Of a DNA stretch of 64,000 nucleotides, positions 26,423-41,676 are shown piece after piece. Below the pieces are notes generated by a model. It was not told where the DNA came from. It was given only the letters and a program-made list of their open reading frames with translations, and made no database searches. Source of the stretch: Eledone cirrhosa (lineage: Eukaryota); NCBI GenBank assembly GCA_964016885.1, contig OZ024743.1:27652001-27716000 (forward strand). The letters run 5' to 3'. Position 1 is the first letter of the stretch. Every line of letters begins with the position of its first letter. The position numbers and the translations under genes are program-made.

Positions 26423-27441
26423 AATGAATATATGAGGGATGAACACCGATACAAGTATACATGTGTTCGAATTGCAAATGACCAAGTTAGCTAGGTTGAA
26501 AAATACTAATTTAACATAATATGGTTTGCCTGTCTCGATTTAAAATAATAAATAAATAAAAATAACAAACCTATATTAGCAATGGCCGTGATAGCCGGAC
26601 AAATTCTAATTTTATTTCGCAACAATTAAGTGAAAGTTATTATTCCTGTGCTCTTCTGCGGTTATCTAGGAAAATTCGTATCTTTCAAATCAAGACTGAG
26701 AAATATGTGTTGTTGAATGCACATGTGTCCCAGCGCCTAAATCGTCTGATACTCGTGCCGTTAAAAATAGCAGCCGGTTTTATGGGACTAAAATTAGCTC
26801 TACGTATGGAGCCGAGAATATCATATATTGAGTTATAAACTCGAAATAGTCTTTTACAATTAAATAGCTCAAAGAAGGGAATATTTCCGAGCCGTGTAAT
26901 ACAAATGAACATATGAGGGATGAACACCGATACAAGTATACATGTGTTCGAATTGCAAATGACCAAAATTAGCTAATTTTAGTCCCATAAAACCGGCTGC
27001 TATTTTTAGCGGCACGAGTATGAGACGAGTTAGGCACTGGGGCACATGTGCGTTCAACAACACGTATTTCTCAGTCTTCTAAAGTATTTTGAAGTGAAAG
27101 ATACGAATTTTCCTGGATACCTGCAGAAGAGCACAGGAATAGTAACTTTCACTTAATTGTTGCGAAACAAATTTAGAATTTGTCCGGGTGTCACGGCCAT
27201 TGCCAATATAGGTTTGTTATTTTTATTGATTTATTTTAAATCGAGACAGGCAAACCATATTATGTTAAATTGATATTTTTCAACCTAGCTAACTTGGTCA
27301 TTTGCAATTCGAACACATGTATACTTGTATCGGTGTTCATCCCTCATATATTCATTTGTATTACACGGCTCGGAAATATTCCTCTCTTTGAGCTATTTAA
27401 TTGTAAAAGACTATTTCGAGTTTATAACTCAATATTTGATA
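26419..27441. repeat. Complex fold-back element between (TA)n tracts
   Basis: 26419-26798 inverted against 26971-27361; the spacer (26818-26966) is an inverted copy of ~27293-27441. Confidence 0.85.
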
Positions 27442-28036
27442 TATATATATATATATAACAAAGTAAGTGTGGTAAGGAACCGGGTGGACCATAACGCACC
27501 AGAATCTCGATACTTAGGGTAGTAGAGTGGAGCTGTCGAATTCGCCGGAGCTGAGCGGTCGGGATCATTACTCTCTTCCTATATATATAGGAAGAGAGTA
27601 AGGACCTCGACGCCTCTGTTGGCTTCACGCTCACAATAATTTCTATACTTTAATTTATATATATATACATATATATATTCATTACACCAACTTAATAAAA
27701 CTGGGCCAGATACACGTGTTTCGTTGACAACAATTTATCAAGTGTCAATAAAACAAAGTTGTATAAGGTTGTAGTGAATATATTCCATAACACGCCCCTC
27801 AGATTGTGTGTTCTGCGAATTTCGGGTATAATTTACCGAATTACAACACACGATAGACACACACATATATAAAGGGTTTAGATGAGTTGATAACGCAACC
27901 ATATAAAGGCAAATAATGAAGTCAATGATATTCCTGCTATATTGATCAAAATGTTCGTCAATCAATTAAATGATTTAATTCAATTTAATACCTAGTTAAT
28001 TCTATTCGTTTACACACACACACACACGCACACATA

Positions 28037-28131
<95 letters not shown>

Positions 28132-28214
28132 TAAAAGAATGAAGAATATATATATATAAATAAAATATATTAACAAATGGAAACTATATTTATAAAACCA
28201 TATTTATTTCATTA

Positions 28215-28262
28215 TACATATTTCAAGGGCCACCAAGGCAGATTATGGTGCGCTTTCATCAG
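28215..28262 (-). ncRNA. Hammerhead-like motif (family shared with 36972)
   Basis: Minus: CTGATGA AAGCGCACCA..TGGTGGCCCTT GAAA TATG TA, followed by TAATGAAATAAATATGGTTTTATAAATATAG as at ~37020. Confidence 0.6.
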
Positions 28263-28427
28263 ATAAAATATAATATAGATTAGTTTTATTAATAAATATT
28301 AATAAATATTTATTAATAAATATTGACATATCCTGAAAAATGCAACCTTCACAATATATTAACATATATGTATGTATATATATAGTATATGCATGTATAT
28401 ATATATATATTTATACATGTGTATATA

Positions 28428-28483
<56 letters not shown>

Positions 28484-28487
<4 letters not shown>

Positions 28488-28676
28488 AACCAGTAAGACC
28501 CCGACAGCTGAGCTCAAGCCGTTTCGACGGCTAATTCTGAGTCCAGAATTAGCCGTCGAAACGGCTTGAGCTCAGCTGTCGGGGTCTTACTGGTTCCTAT
28601 TACCCACTCTACTACCTCAAGTATTGAGTACTTTGGTGCGTTATGGTCCACCTGGTTCCTTACCACATTTCCTTCG

Positions 28677-28679
<3 letters not shown>
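28484..28679 (+). mobile_element. Mini fold-back element family C (~56-bp arms plus tail) in (TA)n
   Basis: TAGGAACCAG...AATTCTG AGTC CAGAATT...CTGGTTCCTA, then tail with TTGAGTAC (28624). Relatives at ~19335-19388, 27456-27580, 37243-37290, 37458-37600, 38987-39187. Confidence 0.8.
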
Positions 28680-28748
<69 letters not shown>

Positions 28749-29336
28749 GTATGTGTGTTTGTATATGTATATATATTTATATATATATGTACATATGTAT
28801 GTGTTGGACTCGTCAAATACTTAGAAAAGCACATCTAAACATTAGCTCTATCTCGTAGCTAATGTCCCCTTTTTTCTCTGCATCATACAAGATGGCTCTA
28901 ATTACTATTCACGTTTCATCCTTTTTAATAGCAAGTCATTAATAGCATGTAAAATTATCTAAATTATTTAAGAAATGTTTATATAAATCTATATATTGTA
29001 AATATTTAAGGTGTGTTTGTTTAACATATTTTGAAGCTACAGCCACACACACGTGTATATTTCATCTCTTTTTCTCTCTCCACCCCTCTCCCAATTATAA
29101 ATACCGCAACTATAATTATTGGAATATTTGAAGTATCGGTAGAATATAGACAAAATGGTTGCCGTTTTTGGTAATGTATTCTCAGTACAAATCCTGCCAC
29201 CGTCCATTTTACCTTTCCGGGGTCGATAACATGTAATATCAACTGAATACTGGGGTCAATATAATGGACCTACCATTTCCTCCAAATTGCTGGCATAGTG
29301 CCTCTTTTGGAAACCATTACTATTATTGCTATTGTT

Positions 29337-29531
29337 AGGGCGGTGGATTGGCAGTATCGATAGAGGGTCAGACGCCATGCTTTGCAGCATAGAGTTATGG
29401 CCCTTTATGTTCTGAGTTCAAATCCTGCCAAGGTTAGCTTTGCCTTTCTTCCTTATAGGGTCGATAAAATAAAGTACCAGTAATGCACTGGGACAATTGC
29501 TGGCCTTGTGCCAAAAGTAGAAACAATTATT
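29337..29531 (+). mobile_element. Full-length SINE A (preceded by a diverged copy at ~29190-29335)
   Basis: AGGGCGGTGGATTGGCAGTATC...AAAGTAGAAACAATTAT. Confidence 0.85.
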
Positions 29532-30616
29532 TCTTTTACATCCCTCTCTGAAAAATATACCTTTCCTGTTATTAGACACTCTTCTGTAATAGCACTTTAA
29601 TAAATTCATTGACAACATCTCTCCCTGTCCTTTTCTAGCTATAATCTGCCTGTTAACCATACTCTTTCTTATTTGCTTCCCTACTTTGTTCTAATAACAA
29701 TTGTGGTTTCGTGGTGATAAAGTTTATGTATAAATTCTTTGAAAGTTTATTAATTGCAATGTCATGATATAACTTGCTTGTAATTTGTTCTCACATCTAA
29801 TATCACACATTTAGAAACATAGAATATATCATGTCGTATTAACCTAAAGTGTGTATATTTATTTTGTAATAGTACTTATACCAGACTAGAAGGTGTAGGA
29901 CAAAAGCAGAGTAAACAAATGAACTGATCCAGCCATACGCAACACAAGGAAAATTAATTTGCCCTGCACCTATCGATATGTCAGTGGTTATGTATCTTAA
30001 AGTCTTGTATTTTATATCATGGCTCTAGGGCAAGGTATTATCTAAAGATGTAGTATGTAACCTTATCTGTGAACTAGAAACTATAATTTCTAAGGATGAC
30101 ATGGGTTAGCGATTAACTGGCAAATATTAATTGCATGTATGAAGAAAACAGTTTGTTGCGGATATACACAAATCTAAGAAGAATTATATTACATTTGATA
30201 TGTAATGTTAATGTAAATTCTAAATCATCATCCTTTGATACAACGAAACGTATGAAACTTGCAAAATATATACATTCTAAAAGGGCAGTTGACAAAGTCG
30301 TTCGGCCATTAGAAATACTGCATTAATACATCTGTGGTGCAGATATTGAAAGTGCTGCATAACTTAGGAATATGGGCAACAATAACTATATATATATTAG
30401 TTGAAAAGAAGAGGAATATTTGTCTGAGGTGACCGCGAGAAATCGAACACCGGCTCTTTATGGTAGTGGTTCACTCATACACCGACACCCGAGAGATGTG
30501 GGGTTCAATTCTGCGCAAGCACCTCAACTATTATTCAACTACTATCATTGTCATTTATGTATTGAGGCGAATATATTTCACATTTCGAACATTCCCAAAA
30601 TTTCTTAAGTCAACTG

Positions 30617-30647
<31 letters not shown>

Positions 30648-32899
30648 TGTATGTATGTATGGATGTATGTATGTATGTATGTATGTATGTATGTATGTAT
30701 GTATGTATGTATGTATAATAAGATGACCCCTTAGCCTTTGTCAAGGCAGAATTCTAGGAGAAGGAAAACTCTGATATAACACCTGCAACCCTGATGGTAT
30801 CCAATGATGTTGACTTGTTCTTCTTTTGGTAAATATCATCTTGGTTAAGAGAGTGGGACTGGCTTTGTGCAGTGCCTTTTCTCACTATAAAAGCTTCACG
30901 GCACAGGCATTGGTTTATATCTGGAGATCTCTCTGCACTTGTTGTCACATGGTACCAAGGGCCCAGCACTATGTGTCAATAATTGTCACAAGTGTAGTGT
31001 TTGTACCAGAGTTTTTAAGACGCTGGCTTGATTAAAAAGTCACACTCGTTCAGCGCATCGGTAGGGGTTCTCCTACATGGATATAAAGTAGTGGCCGTAC
31101 ACGAAAACGAGTTGGCAGCCACCATGTATGTATGTATGTTATGTATGTATGTGTGTATGTGTGTATGCATGTATGTATATATATATATGCATGCATGCAT
31201 GTATGTATATGTATGTATATGTATGTATGTTTATAAGTATCTATGTGTGTATGTGTGTATGTATGTATTAATATATATACATGAATAGGTTTATTAATAT
31301 TAATATTGCTTATTCTAACAAAATGGAGAACGTTTCTGCATCACGGAATCATGTAATAGGAAGCTTTTCTCAATGCAGTACCCATAATATAGTTCTGTGA
31401 GCTGAAACAATTTTGAAATCTTAAGAATAATGAATATTAATTCTATATACAGTCGTTTTTTTTATTTAATGACTTTTTGTATTCTGTATTCTGCATAGAG
31501 GCTTCTGTTGAATTATTTCTTTTTAAGAATTGTAAATATATATATATACAATTCGTATAAAGAAATATCTCGACAGAAGACCCTCCCCCCACACTCTCTC
31601 TCTCTATATATATATATATGTGTGTGTGTGTGTCTGTGTGTGTGTGTGTGTGTTTGTGTGCGTGTATGTGTGGATGTATGTGTGTGTGGATGTGTGTGTG
31701 TATGCATGTATTTCTGTATTCGTGTGTTTTGTGAATGTGCGCGTTGGCGTCCAAATTTGCCATATATTTGTGATACTGCATAATTGCAGTAAATATATAT
31801 ATATATGTATATACGCACGCGCACTCACACATATACATAAATATAGAGAGAAGGGGAGAGAAAGAGAGAAAGGGGGTAGAGAAAGAGAGTGAGGGATAGA
31901 GAGCGAAAAGGATTGAGAGAATGAGGGCGGGGATCTAATGTTTACACAAAGATTATATATAATATATAGTCTATAATAGTATTAAATATTAATTACCGTT
32001 TATCATCAAATGTTTAGCAACTTTTTTGTATTGAGTACCTTTTTTATTTTGTTATCTGTTCTAGATAAATATATTATGTCAACTATATTTTACAGACAGA
32101 AGCTATACAATGATGGAAATATTTGTAAGAAAGATAAAAACAAAATTAAGGATTGAAAAAAGGAGGAATGGTTAAAGAAGGGCAAATATGGTTGTATAGT
32201 AATGTAATGGAAAGGACTATAAATGCCATAAATGAGAAGAAAAGGAGGGGAAAAGCAAGGGCTATTAGGCAACGGAGGAAAGAATGGTGGGAGGGGAGAG
32301 TGTATCTTACTCTACACTTAGGTCGGAGTAGTGATAAACCAGTTTTTGTTTTAGTGAATCACATTTTTTTACTACAAGGAAATGTCATCTCATCTTCTGT
32401 TTTATTATAGAACCCTATTGTAAGTTGCCGACGTTTTGATAGTAAATTTTAAAGCAGTAAAATTCTTCGCAGACGTCGCTTAAATTGATACTGAATATCT
32501 GTATTGTATTGTATGGTCCCGTGACTCCCGAGGGAACCGTAGGGGCGCCGTATTTCACACGGCATTTCTAGAACATTTTAAAGCCTGGTGGAACCCATCT
32601 ACTCTCCAGATCAGAATACAGCAGATTTCTTCCGCAGAAGGATAGAAAATTTGGCAGAATGTAGGTGAGAAAGAGATATAGAGGAAGAATCGACTCCAGT
32701 ACTAGTGGGTACATTTTTTATCGAGCTCCAAAGGATTAAAGGCAATGCTGACCTCGGTGGGATTTGAACTCAGAGAAGAGAGTAGGAACGAAAACCACAA
32801 ATCATTCTATCCGACGTTCTAACAACTTTGCTAATTCACAGCCTTCTGGCTGAATATTTATTATACCGAAAAATTTAAGAGTGTTTTCTATTTGCTAAT

Positions 32900-33741
32900 T
32901 AGCAATTTCTCCGCATTTATTCTTTGTTGATCGATAATATCGACTGTACTTGGAAAATTTTGAAAAATTCTGAATTGGGAAAATCTTCTTCAAACACATT
33001 TATATACTCACTCAGTGAAATCCTTGTACTTATGTTTTGGATTTCTTCTCGGTGGTCATGAGTTTCCGTAAATTACTCCCAGATACTTCGATGTCATTTG
33101 TTCCACTTACAAATAATACTATAAACATAATGAACTGTTGAACATATGAAACTGTTATTAAGTTCACAAATTGATCCTTCGGCATTGGGTCTTCGACATT
33201 TTGTTACTCGTGGATCTGTTTGAGAAGTTTTGCAGTTGTGAATATCTTTTCAAATCTTTCTGTTGTTGTTTGCAATTTATAATTTGTTAATTCTTCAAGA
33301 CATTTTAATATTTTTTATGATTATATAAAATGGGTATAGCCCTATTAATATGATTATATATTTCAATATTGCCCCGGTAGTTTGCTTATATAATTGGATG
33401 TACGTTTTCCTTCGGTTTGTATTTTACCGCCCGTAAATCTTGAATAGTTATACTTTTTGCTATTTCTATACAATGTTTCACAAAACCTTTCGGGGTATTA
33501 AGATATTTTGTCATCCTACCAGCTTTTGCTCCTGTATTGTGGGATTGGAAACAATTGTGCTCATTCGTCTCCCCAAAGTAAAATAAAGATATGTTCGGCT
33601 ATGTTTAGAATGCATGATATCAAAAGTAAATATTGTTAGAAGTATATGGATTTACAATAGACATTCGTTTCAATCTGTCTATCTATCTTTCTAAAAAATA
33701 TTTTAAAAGAGGGTCGACCTTCCTTGCCGAATTCAATCGTG

Positions 33742-33836
<95 letters not shown>

Positions 33837-34690
33837 TATATGTGTGTGTGTGTGTTGTTTATAGTATATTAAAATTCTTCTAGTGTATCTACCGTTTCGT
33901 TCCACTGACATCAAAAAACTATTTTCAATTCTATTTAAGGTGAATATAAATTACCTCCAAAATGCTTTTGTAATTCTTCATGAAGTTTATCTATATAGTA
34001 ACCCATAACCAGGCACATGTTCGTGATACTTTAGTACCTATGCCTCTTTTGCCACATTTGACGTCTCATAAGTGCATCGAAGATATTTTGGGTTAAATAA
34101 TTCTTTGATAAAGAAATTCATTTCTACATGGTACAGTAATCATATCATTACGTGTTGAGCTAACAGGAAATACTCTTTATCCCACAATCTTATTTAAACT
34201 AACCACGCCAAAGAAAATAATAATTGTGTCATTACTCTTTCTGATAAATGGTTGAACATATCTAGGTCATCATAAATAAAGCTCGATACATATTTTAGAA
34301 AATGTTTAAGCAGAATATCGAAAAAAAGAAATTAATCTATACGTTCCTCATGGTAACTCTGCGATAATATGTTTCAATTTCAATAAATGTGCAGGAACTT
34401 CAATATATTTCGATTTTGATTATTTTTTGTCATGCTTCACTTAAGTCGTAAAGATTACTAGTTTCAAACGTCTTCGATATATGTAATCTTGGTATATTAA
34501 TACTAAGATTTTCATTAATTTTTAGAATTTTTTATGTTGAAATATTCATTGTCTATTCATATTGTCACGTGCTTCCTATTTTCCTTTCTTTGGACAAATG
34601 TTACTATTGCTTCGGACTACAAAACAACAAGGTACGGCTATTCGAGACTTGTCAGACATTTATTAAATATCTGACAATGCTTCACATTAA
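32900..34690 (-). mobile_element. Highly decayed Penelope-like RT/EN, split by (TA)n
   Basis: Broken minus-strand frames: GIGTKVSRTCA..LVMGY, IETNVYCKS..QYL, RVTKCRRPN, FICSTVHYVYSIIC, in the expected RT-thumb-EN order. Confidence 0.5.
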
Positions 34691-34711
34691 CTATATTACG
34701 TTATATATATT

Positions 34712-34747
<36 letters not shown>

Positions 34748-34778
34748 AATATATATATATATATAAATACATAAATAT

Positions 34779-34809
<31 letters not shown>

Positions 34810-34862
34810 AATGTATATATAAATATATAAATATATATATAAATATATAAATATATATATAA

Positions 34863-34901
<39 letters not shown>

Positions 34902-35153
34902 CATAAATATATATATATATATAAATATATATATATATAAATGTATATATAAATATATAAATATATATATAAATATATAAATATATATATAAATATATAA
35001 ATATATATATATATATAAATATATAAATATATATATAAATATATATATAAATATATAAATATATATATATATAAATATATAAATATATAAATATATATAT
35101 ATATATACACATATATATATATATACATATATATATATACATATATATATAAT

Positions 35154-35205
<52 letters not shown>

Positions 35206-35206
35206 C

Positions 35207-35363
<157 letters not shown>

Positions 35364-35887
35364 CACACATATATATATGTGTGTGAGTGTGTGTTAAGGT
35401 GCATGGATTAGTGGTTAGATCGTCGGGCTTACAATCGTGAGGTTGTGTTCTTGGGCAAGACACTTTATTTCCCGTTGCTCCAGTTCACACAGCTCTAGAA
35501 ATGAGTTGGACGTTTCTGGTGTCAAGCTATATCTGCCTTAGTCCGTGCCTTGGACAACATCGCTGGCATGGAGAGGGGAGACTGGTATGCATGGGTGACT
35601 GCTTCCCAGACTAGGTACAAATCCTATGGTCATTCGTAACCGAAGGGGCTCTTCACTCTTTACCATATATATATATATATGTTTATTTACTTGTCTCGCT
35701 CGCTTTACGCGATTTACTTGTCCCAATAGCTTTATTTAGCTATTGCTCGCCTCAACTAGAGGTATATGATTTTTTGGTTGGAAAATCATATACCTCTAGT
35801 TGGTATTTTAAGGTTGGAAAATCACTGATGAAGGACTATTTTTATCATATGTAACCCATGTGCAACCACGCAGTATTCATTCTTCTC

Positions 35888-35926
<39 letters not shown>

Positions 35927-36059
35927 TGTACCAACTCATAATATTATAATATAAAATTAAATCAAATTGTTCAAGTGAAGTGATTCTTTTCCATTTTTTC
36001 AAATATACATATAAATAAATATTTATGCATATATATATACACATATATATATGTGCGTG

Positions 36060-36117
<58 letters not shown>

Positions 36118-36145
36118 CGTGTATATATATATACACACACACACA

Positions 36146-36199
<54 letters not shown>

Positions 36200-36440
36200 T
36201 GTGTGTGTGAGTGTGCGTGCGTGTGTGTATGTATATATACATAATCAGGCACAATCACATCAATCGATATATATATATATGTGTAAACAAATATAATTCC
36301 TCTTTCGATTTGTTTGCAAATGTATATCGATTATCATTTGTGTGTGTGTGTATTGATGCATGCACATATTTGTGGGCACATATATGCATATTAACTTATA
36401 TATCTATATATCTATATGTATATCTATATATATAAATGTA

Positions 36441-36876
<436 letters not shown>

Positions 36877-36971
36877 TAGGACTGCTAGCGTAAACCTCTT
36901 CAAATGAAGTTGATGTTTATTACGGTATGTCGAATATATTTATCTATAAAACTGTTTATATTGTATTTTGT

Positions 36972-37019
36972 CTGATGAAGGCATAGCATATTGTTAATAT
37001 GATATCCCCGAAATATATA
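36972..37019 (+). ncRNA. Hammerhead-like motif in a short (TA)n-flanked element (~36880-37160)
   Basis: CTGATGA AGG..CATATT GTT AATATG..CCC GAAA TATA TA; tail motif TCGAGTGC at 37093. Confidence 0.6.
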
Positions 37020-37196
37020 TAATGAAATAAATATGGTTTTATAAATATAGTTTTCCATTTATTTAATATTGTAAATATACTCCAAATATTTGTCGAGTGC
37101 TTTTATATCAGTTATAAATGTTTACTAGTTGTAACCCAACAATTTTAAATATAATTTTACATATATATATATATATATATAATATATATATATATA

Positions 37197-37247
<51 letters not shown>

Positions 37248-37296
37248 CAGAATTAGGCGTCGAAACGGCTTGAGCTCAGCTGTCGGGGCCCTACTC

Positions 37297-37460
<164 letters not shown>

Positions 37461-37653
37461 CGAAGCCTATATGGTAAGGAACCAGGTGGATCATAAAGTA
37501 CCAGGGTACTCGATACTTAGGGTAGTAGAGTGGGTAATAGGAAAAGAGTCAGGACCCCGACGGCTGAGCTCCGGCCGTTTCGACCGCTAGAACTGAACTC
37601 TCTCACACACACACACACACAAACGCACACACATACATACATACATGCATACA

Positions 37654-37719
<66 letters not shown>

Positions 37720-37831
37720 AATATGACAGTGCAATGTCCTATCCCGTAAAGAAAGCACTCATATATTATCGTAAAGCAGCCGCTGTACTGCACTCATAAT
37801 TCGCGCTACATTTATACACACATACATACAT

Positions 37832-37904
<73 letters not shown>

Positions 37905-37924
37905 CGTGCGTGTGCATGATTCCA

Positions 37925-37967
<43 letters not shown>

Positions 37968-38642
37968 TTTCATTCATACCTGCATACATTCATTTCTGTT
38001 AATTGGTTAAGTGATCTATATTAGATCGAAATTACATGTCTGCATAAGTGTGCGAATGTCATTTATTTCAAATGTAAACAAACAAGTACAATTGATTTGC
38101 TCGTAAGAAGAAAAAGTTGCCGCTACTTGTTTTAAATTCTTGTAGACATTGCACGTATCGTCGCAGGAGCTAGTAGTTGCAGACGCAGGACAATTTCTGC
38201 AATATCGACAGTACCGTCAGCAGCTATACGAACTGCAACAATGGCAGCTTCTTAGAAATCAAATAGGACTGAATGTGGATAAGAGAGAACTGCTACTGTC
38301 ATTAAACAGGACCATTGGGGGAAAAACATGATTTCTCTCTTTATCTTTCGATATCTTTTTTTTTTCTTCCGAAATTCTTTAAAATCTTCATCAGTTTTCC
38401 TCTATATGTCCAACCACTACATATCACTCTCATCCCTTTGGCATTGTTCTCTACAGTCAGTTAGTTCTATATACAGTGTGTGCTAGAATTATTAATGTTT
38501 AGGTAAAGAAATAGAAAGTAGGTATTTATTTTGAACCACTATATTGGTGACAGGTTTGTAAATATTGAGGACCAAAATCGAATAGGGAAGGACAACGGTG
38601 TATGTATGTATGTGTGTGTGTGTATGAATGTATGTGTGGATG

Positions 38643-38751
<109 letters not shown>

Positions 38752-38952
38752 GTGTGTGTGTTTGTGTATTGGAAAGTTCATTGCTGAGTAGTGTTGTCCG
38801 GGGTAAGAGTCCAATACCCGCCATAAATTGTTACGCTCGTCCTCCTTTTTCTCTTTCTCCTTCATTCTTTCTCTCACTCTCTCTCTTAGAGTTAGTCGTT
38901 CATAGTCACACACAATTACACACACACATATACTTATATATATACATACATG

Positions 38953-38986
<34 letters not shown>

Positions 38987-38989
<3 letters not shown>

Positions 38990-39182
38990 CGGAGGAAATG
39001 TGGTAAGGAACCAGGTGGACCATAACGCACCAAAGTACTCAATACTTAGGGTAGTAGAGTGGGTAATAGGAACGAGTAGGACCCCGACGGCTGACCTCAA
39101 GCCGTTTCGACGGCTCATTCTGGACTAGTCCAGAATGAGCCGTCGAAACGGCTTGAGGTCAGCCGCCGGGGTCCTACTCGTT

Positions 39183-39187
<5 letters not shown>
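38987..39187 (-). mobile_element. Mini fold-back element family C
   Basis: Spacer-less palindrome 39066-39187 centred on GGACT|AGTCC (1 mismatch); tail 38987-39065 with TTGAGTAC on the minus strand; (TA)n flanks. Confidence 0.85.
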
Positions 39188-39225
<38 letters not shown>

Positions 39226-39299
39226 TAGTTAATTATGATTTGACTGATATTGATAAACATTTGTTTTGAAATTATATGAAATCTGATACAACAAATAAT

Positions 39300-39366
39300 T
39301 GTTTCTACGTTAGGCACAAGGCCAGCAAATACCCAGTGTATTACTGGTACTTTATTTTATCGACCC
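39300..39366 (-). mobile_element. 5'-truncated SINE A with 17-bp TSD
   Basis: CTGATACAACAAATAAT at 39283-39299 and 39367-39383. Confidence 0.85.
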
Positions 39367-39417
39367 CTGATACAACAAATAATGATAATAATAAAGAGTC
39401 TAGGATATATTGTTACA

Positions 39418-40112
39418 ACACACATATATACTGTATTACTTGCAGGCATACACACACATATATACTGTATTACTTGCATGCATACACACACATATATACT
39501 GTATTACTTGCAAGCATACATATATACTGTATTACTTGCAGGCATACATACACATGTATATACTGTATTACTTGCAGGCATACATAAACACATATATACT
39601 GTATTACTTGCAGGCATACACACATATATATATACTGTAATACTTGCAGGCATACACACATATATATATACTGTAATACTTGCAGGCATACACACACATA
39701 TATACTCTATTACTTGCAGGCATACATAAACACATATATACTGTATTACTTAAAAGCATACACACACATATATACTGTACTACTTGCAAGCATACACACA
39801 CATATATACTGTAATATTTGCAAGCATACACACATATATATACTGTAATACTTGCAAGCATACACACATATATATACTGTAATACTTGCAAGCATACACA
39901 CATATATATACTGTAATATTTGCAAGCATACACACATATATATACTGTAATACTTGCAAGCATAAACACATATATATACTGTAATACTTGCAAGCATACA
40001 CACATATATATACTGTAATACTTGCAAGCATACACACACATATATACTGTAATACTTGCAAGCATACACACATATATATACTGTAATACTTGCAAGCATA
40101 CACACACATATA
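39418..40112. repeat. Minisatellite, ~28-36-bp unit TACTGT(A/T)ATACTTGCA(A/G)GCATA(CA)n(TA)n, about 20 copies
   Basis: Direct tandem repetition visible in the sequence. Confidence 0.9.
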
Positions 40113-40461
40113 TACATACAATAGATACACACATACATACATGCCTGCATACATACCCACACATACATACATACTCATATACATACTTGCTGCACATACA
40201 TAAGTACGAGCATACTGACAGAGGTACACCCGATTACACACACACACTCACACACATATATATATATATATGGACATATACGGAAACTATATACATACTA
40301 AGTTATACTCTCTAAATAAGGTGTGTATAATCTTTTATAAACTTCGGTTGTGTTTATACTCATATAGTTGCGACTGCATTAGAATTCCCTCCACTATTCT
40401 TGTTTTAAACAAACACACACAGGCTCACATACAGGTGAACGTCTGTCGTCTGCTGCTGCTG

Positions 40462-40518
<57 letters not shown>

Positions 40519-40831
40519 TTGTCGCCATCACCAGCATCACCACTATCACTACTACTAGTTAGCTCGCTTTCCTTTTGGAGAGATGAGTTCTTATAAACAG
40601 GCCTACAGTTGCGAAGGTAGGATGGATGCATTCATAAATATCGACTTGTAGAATGAGGAAAAAGAGAAAGAAGAAAACGAAGGAGATAGCAGACCGTGGA
40701 AGCTGAGGAGAGTAAATTTTACTACAATAACGATATAGGAAACTTTTAGCTGGAACACAATATAGAGATAAACATTTTAATCATTGGGGATCTGAAATAT
40801 AGACATATATACTTCCACAATAATATATATA

Positions 40832-40871
<40 letters not shown>

Positions 40872-41548
40872 TATATATATATATATATATATACGTAGAA
40901 GTAGATACATATATAGAGATGGAGGGAGAGAGAGAGAAGAGAAGAGAGAGATAGGGATTGTGTTGAGTTGAAATATCCATCCCTCCATCAACACATACAT
41001 ACATACATACATACATACATACATACATACATACATACATACATACACACCGATACATACATACATACTTACATACATACATAAATACACACATACATAC
41101 GTACATACACACACACACACACATATATACTTACATACACTCACATACATACATAATCTCTTTAGACACATACGTCCCTACATTCATATATATAAGCATA
41201 CATACATATATGCATACATACATACATAAATACTACAAACATACATATATGCATACATAAATACATACATACACACATGCATACATACATGCGTAGAAAA
41301 TTACCTGAACATATACTAGCATATGTTGGCAAGCACGAGCCATTGCGGTATAAACAAACAAACGACAACAAGGAAACGGATGTAAACGAGTGGAGTATTG
41401 TAACAATAGGAAAACTGTTCTGAGAGAAAATTCTCCGTTTATTTCCATGGAGAGTTGCATGGGATCTGACAGATGGTAGTTAGCATGTGTTCTGCTGGCG
41501 GATGATCCTTGTTATATCCAGTCTCCACTGGTTACTGGGGAACTAAAG

Positions 41549-41608
<60 letters not shown>

Positions 41609-41611
41609 TAT

Positions 41612-41676
<65 letters not shown>

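Noticed and set aside
30754-31035. ORFs in a unique-looking island
   Set aside because: Short, no recognisable motif or clear splice signals; probably a decayed repeat.
35753-35860. Short inverted repeat followed by CTGATGAAGGAC
   Set aside because: No stem II partner or GAAA downstream; at most a deleted remnant.
39418-40112. CRISPR-like array
   Set aside because: No unique spacers; eukaryotic minisatellite.
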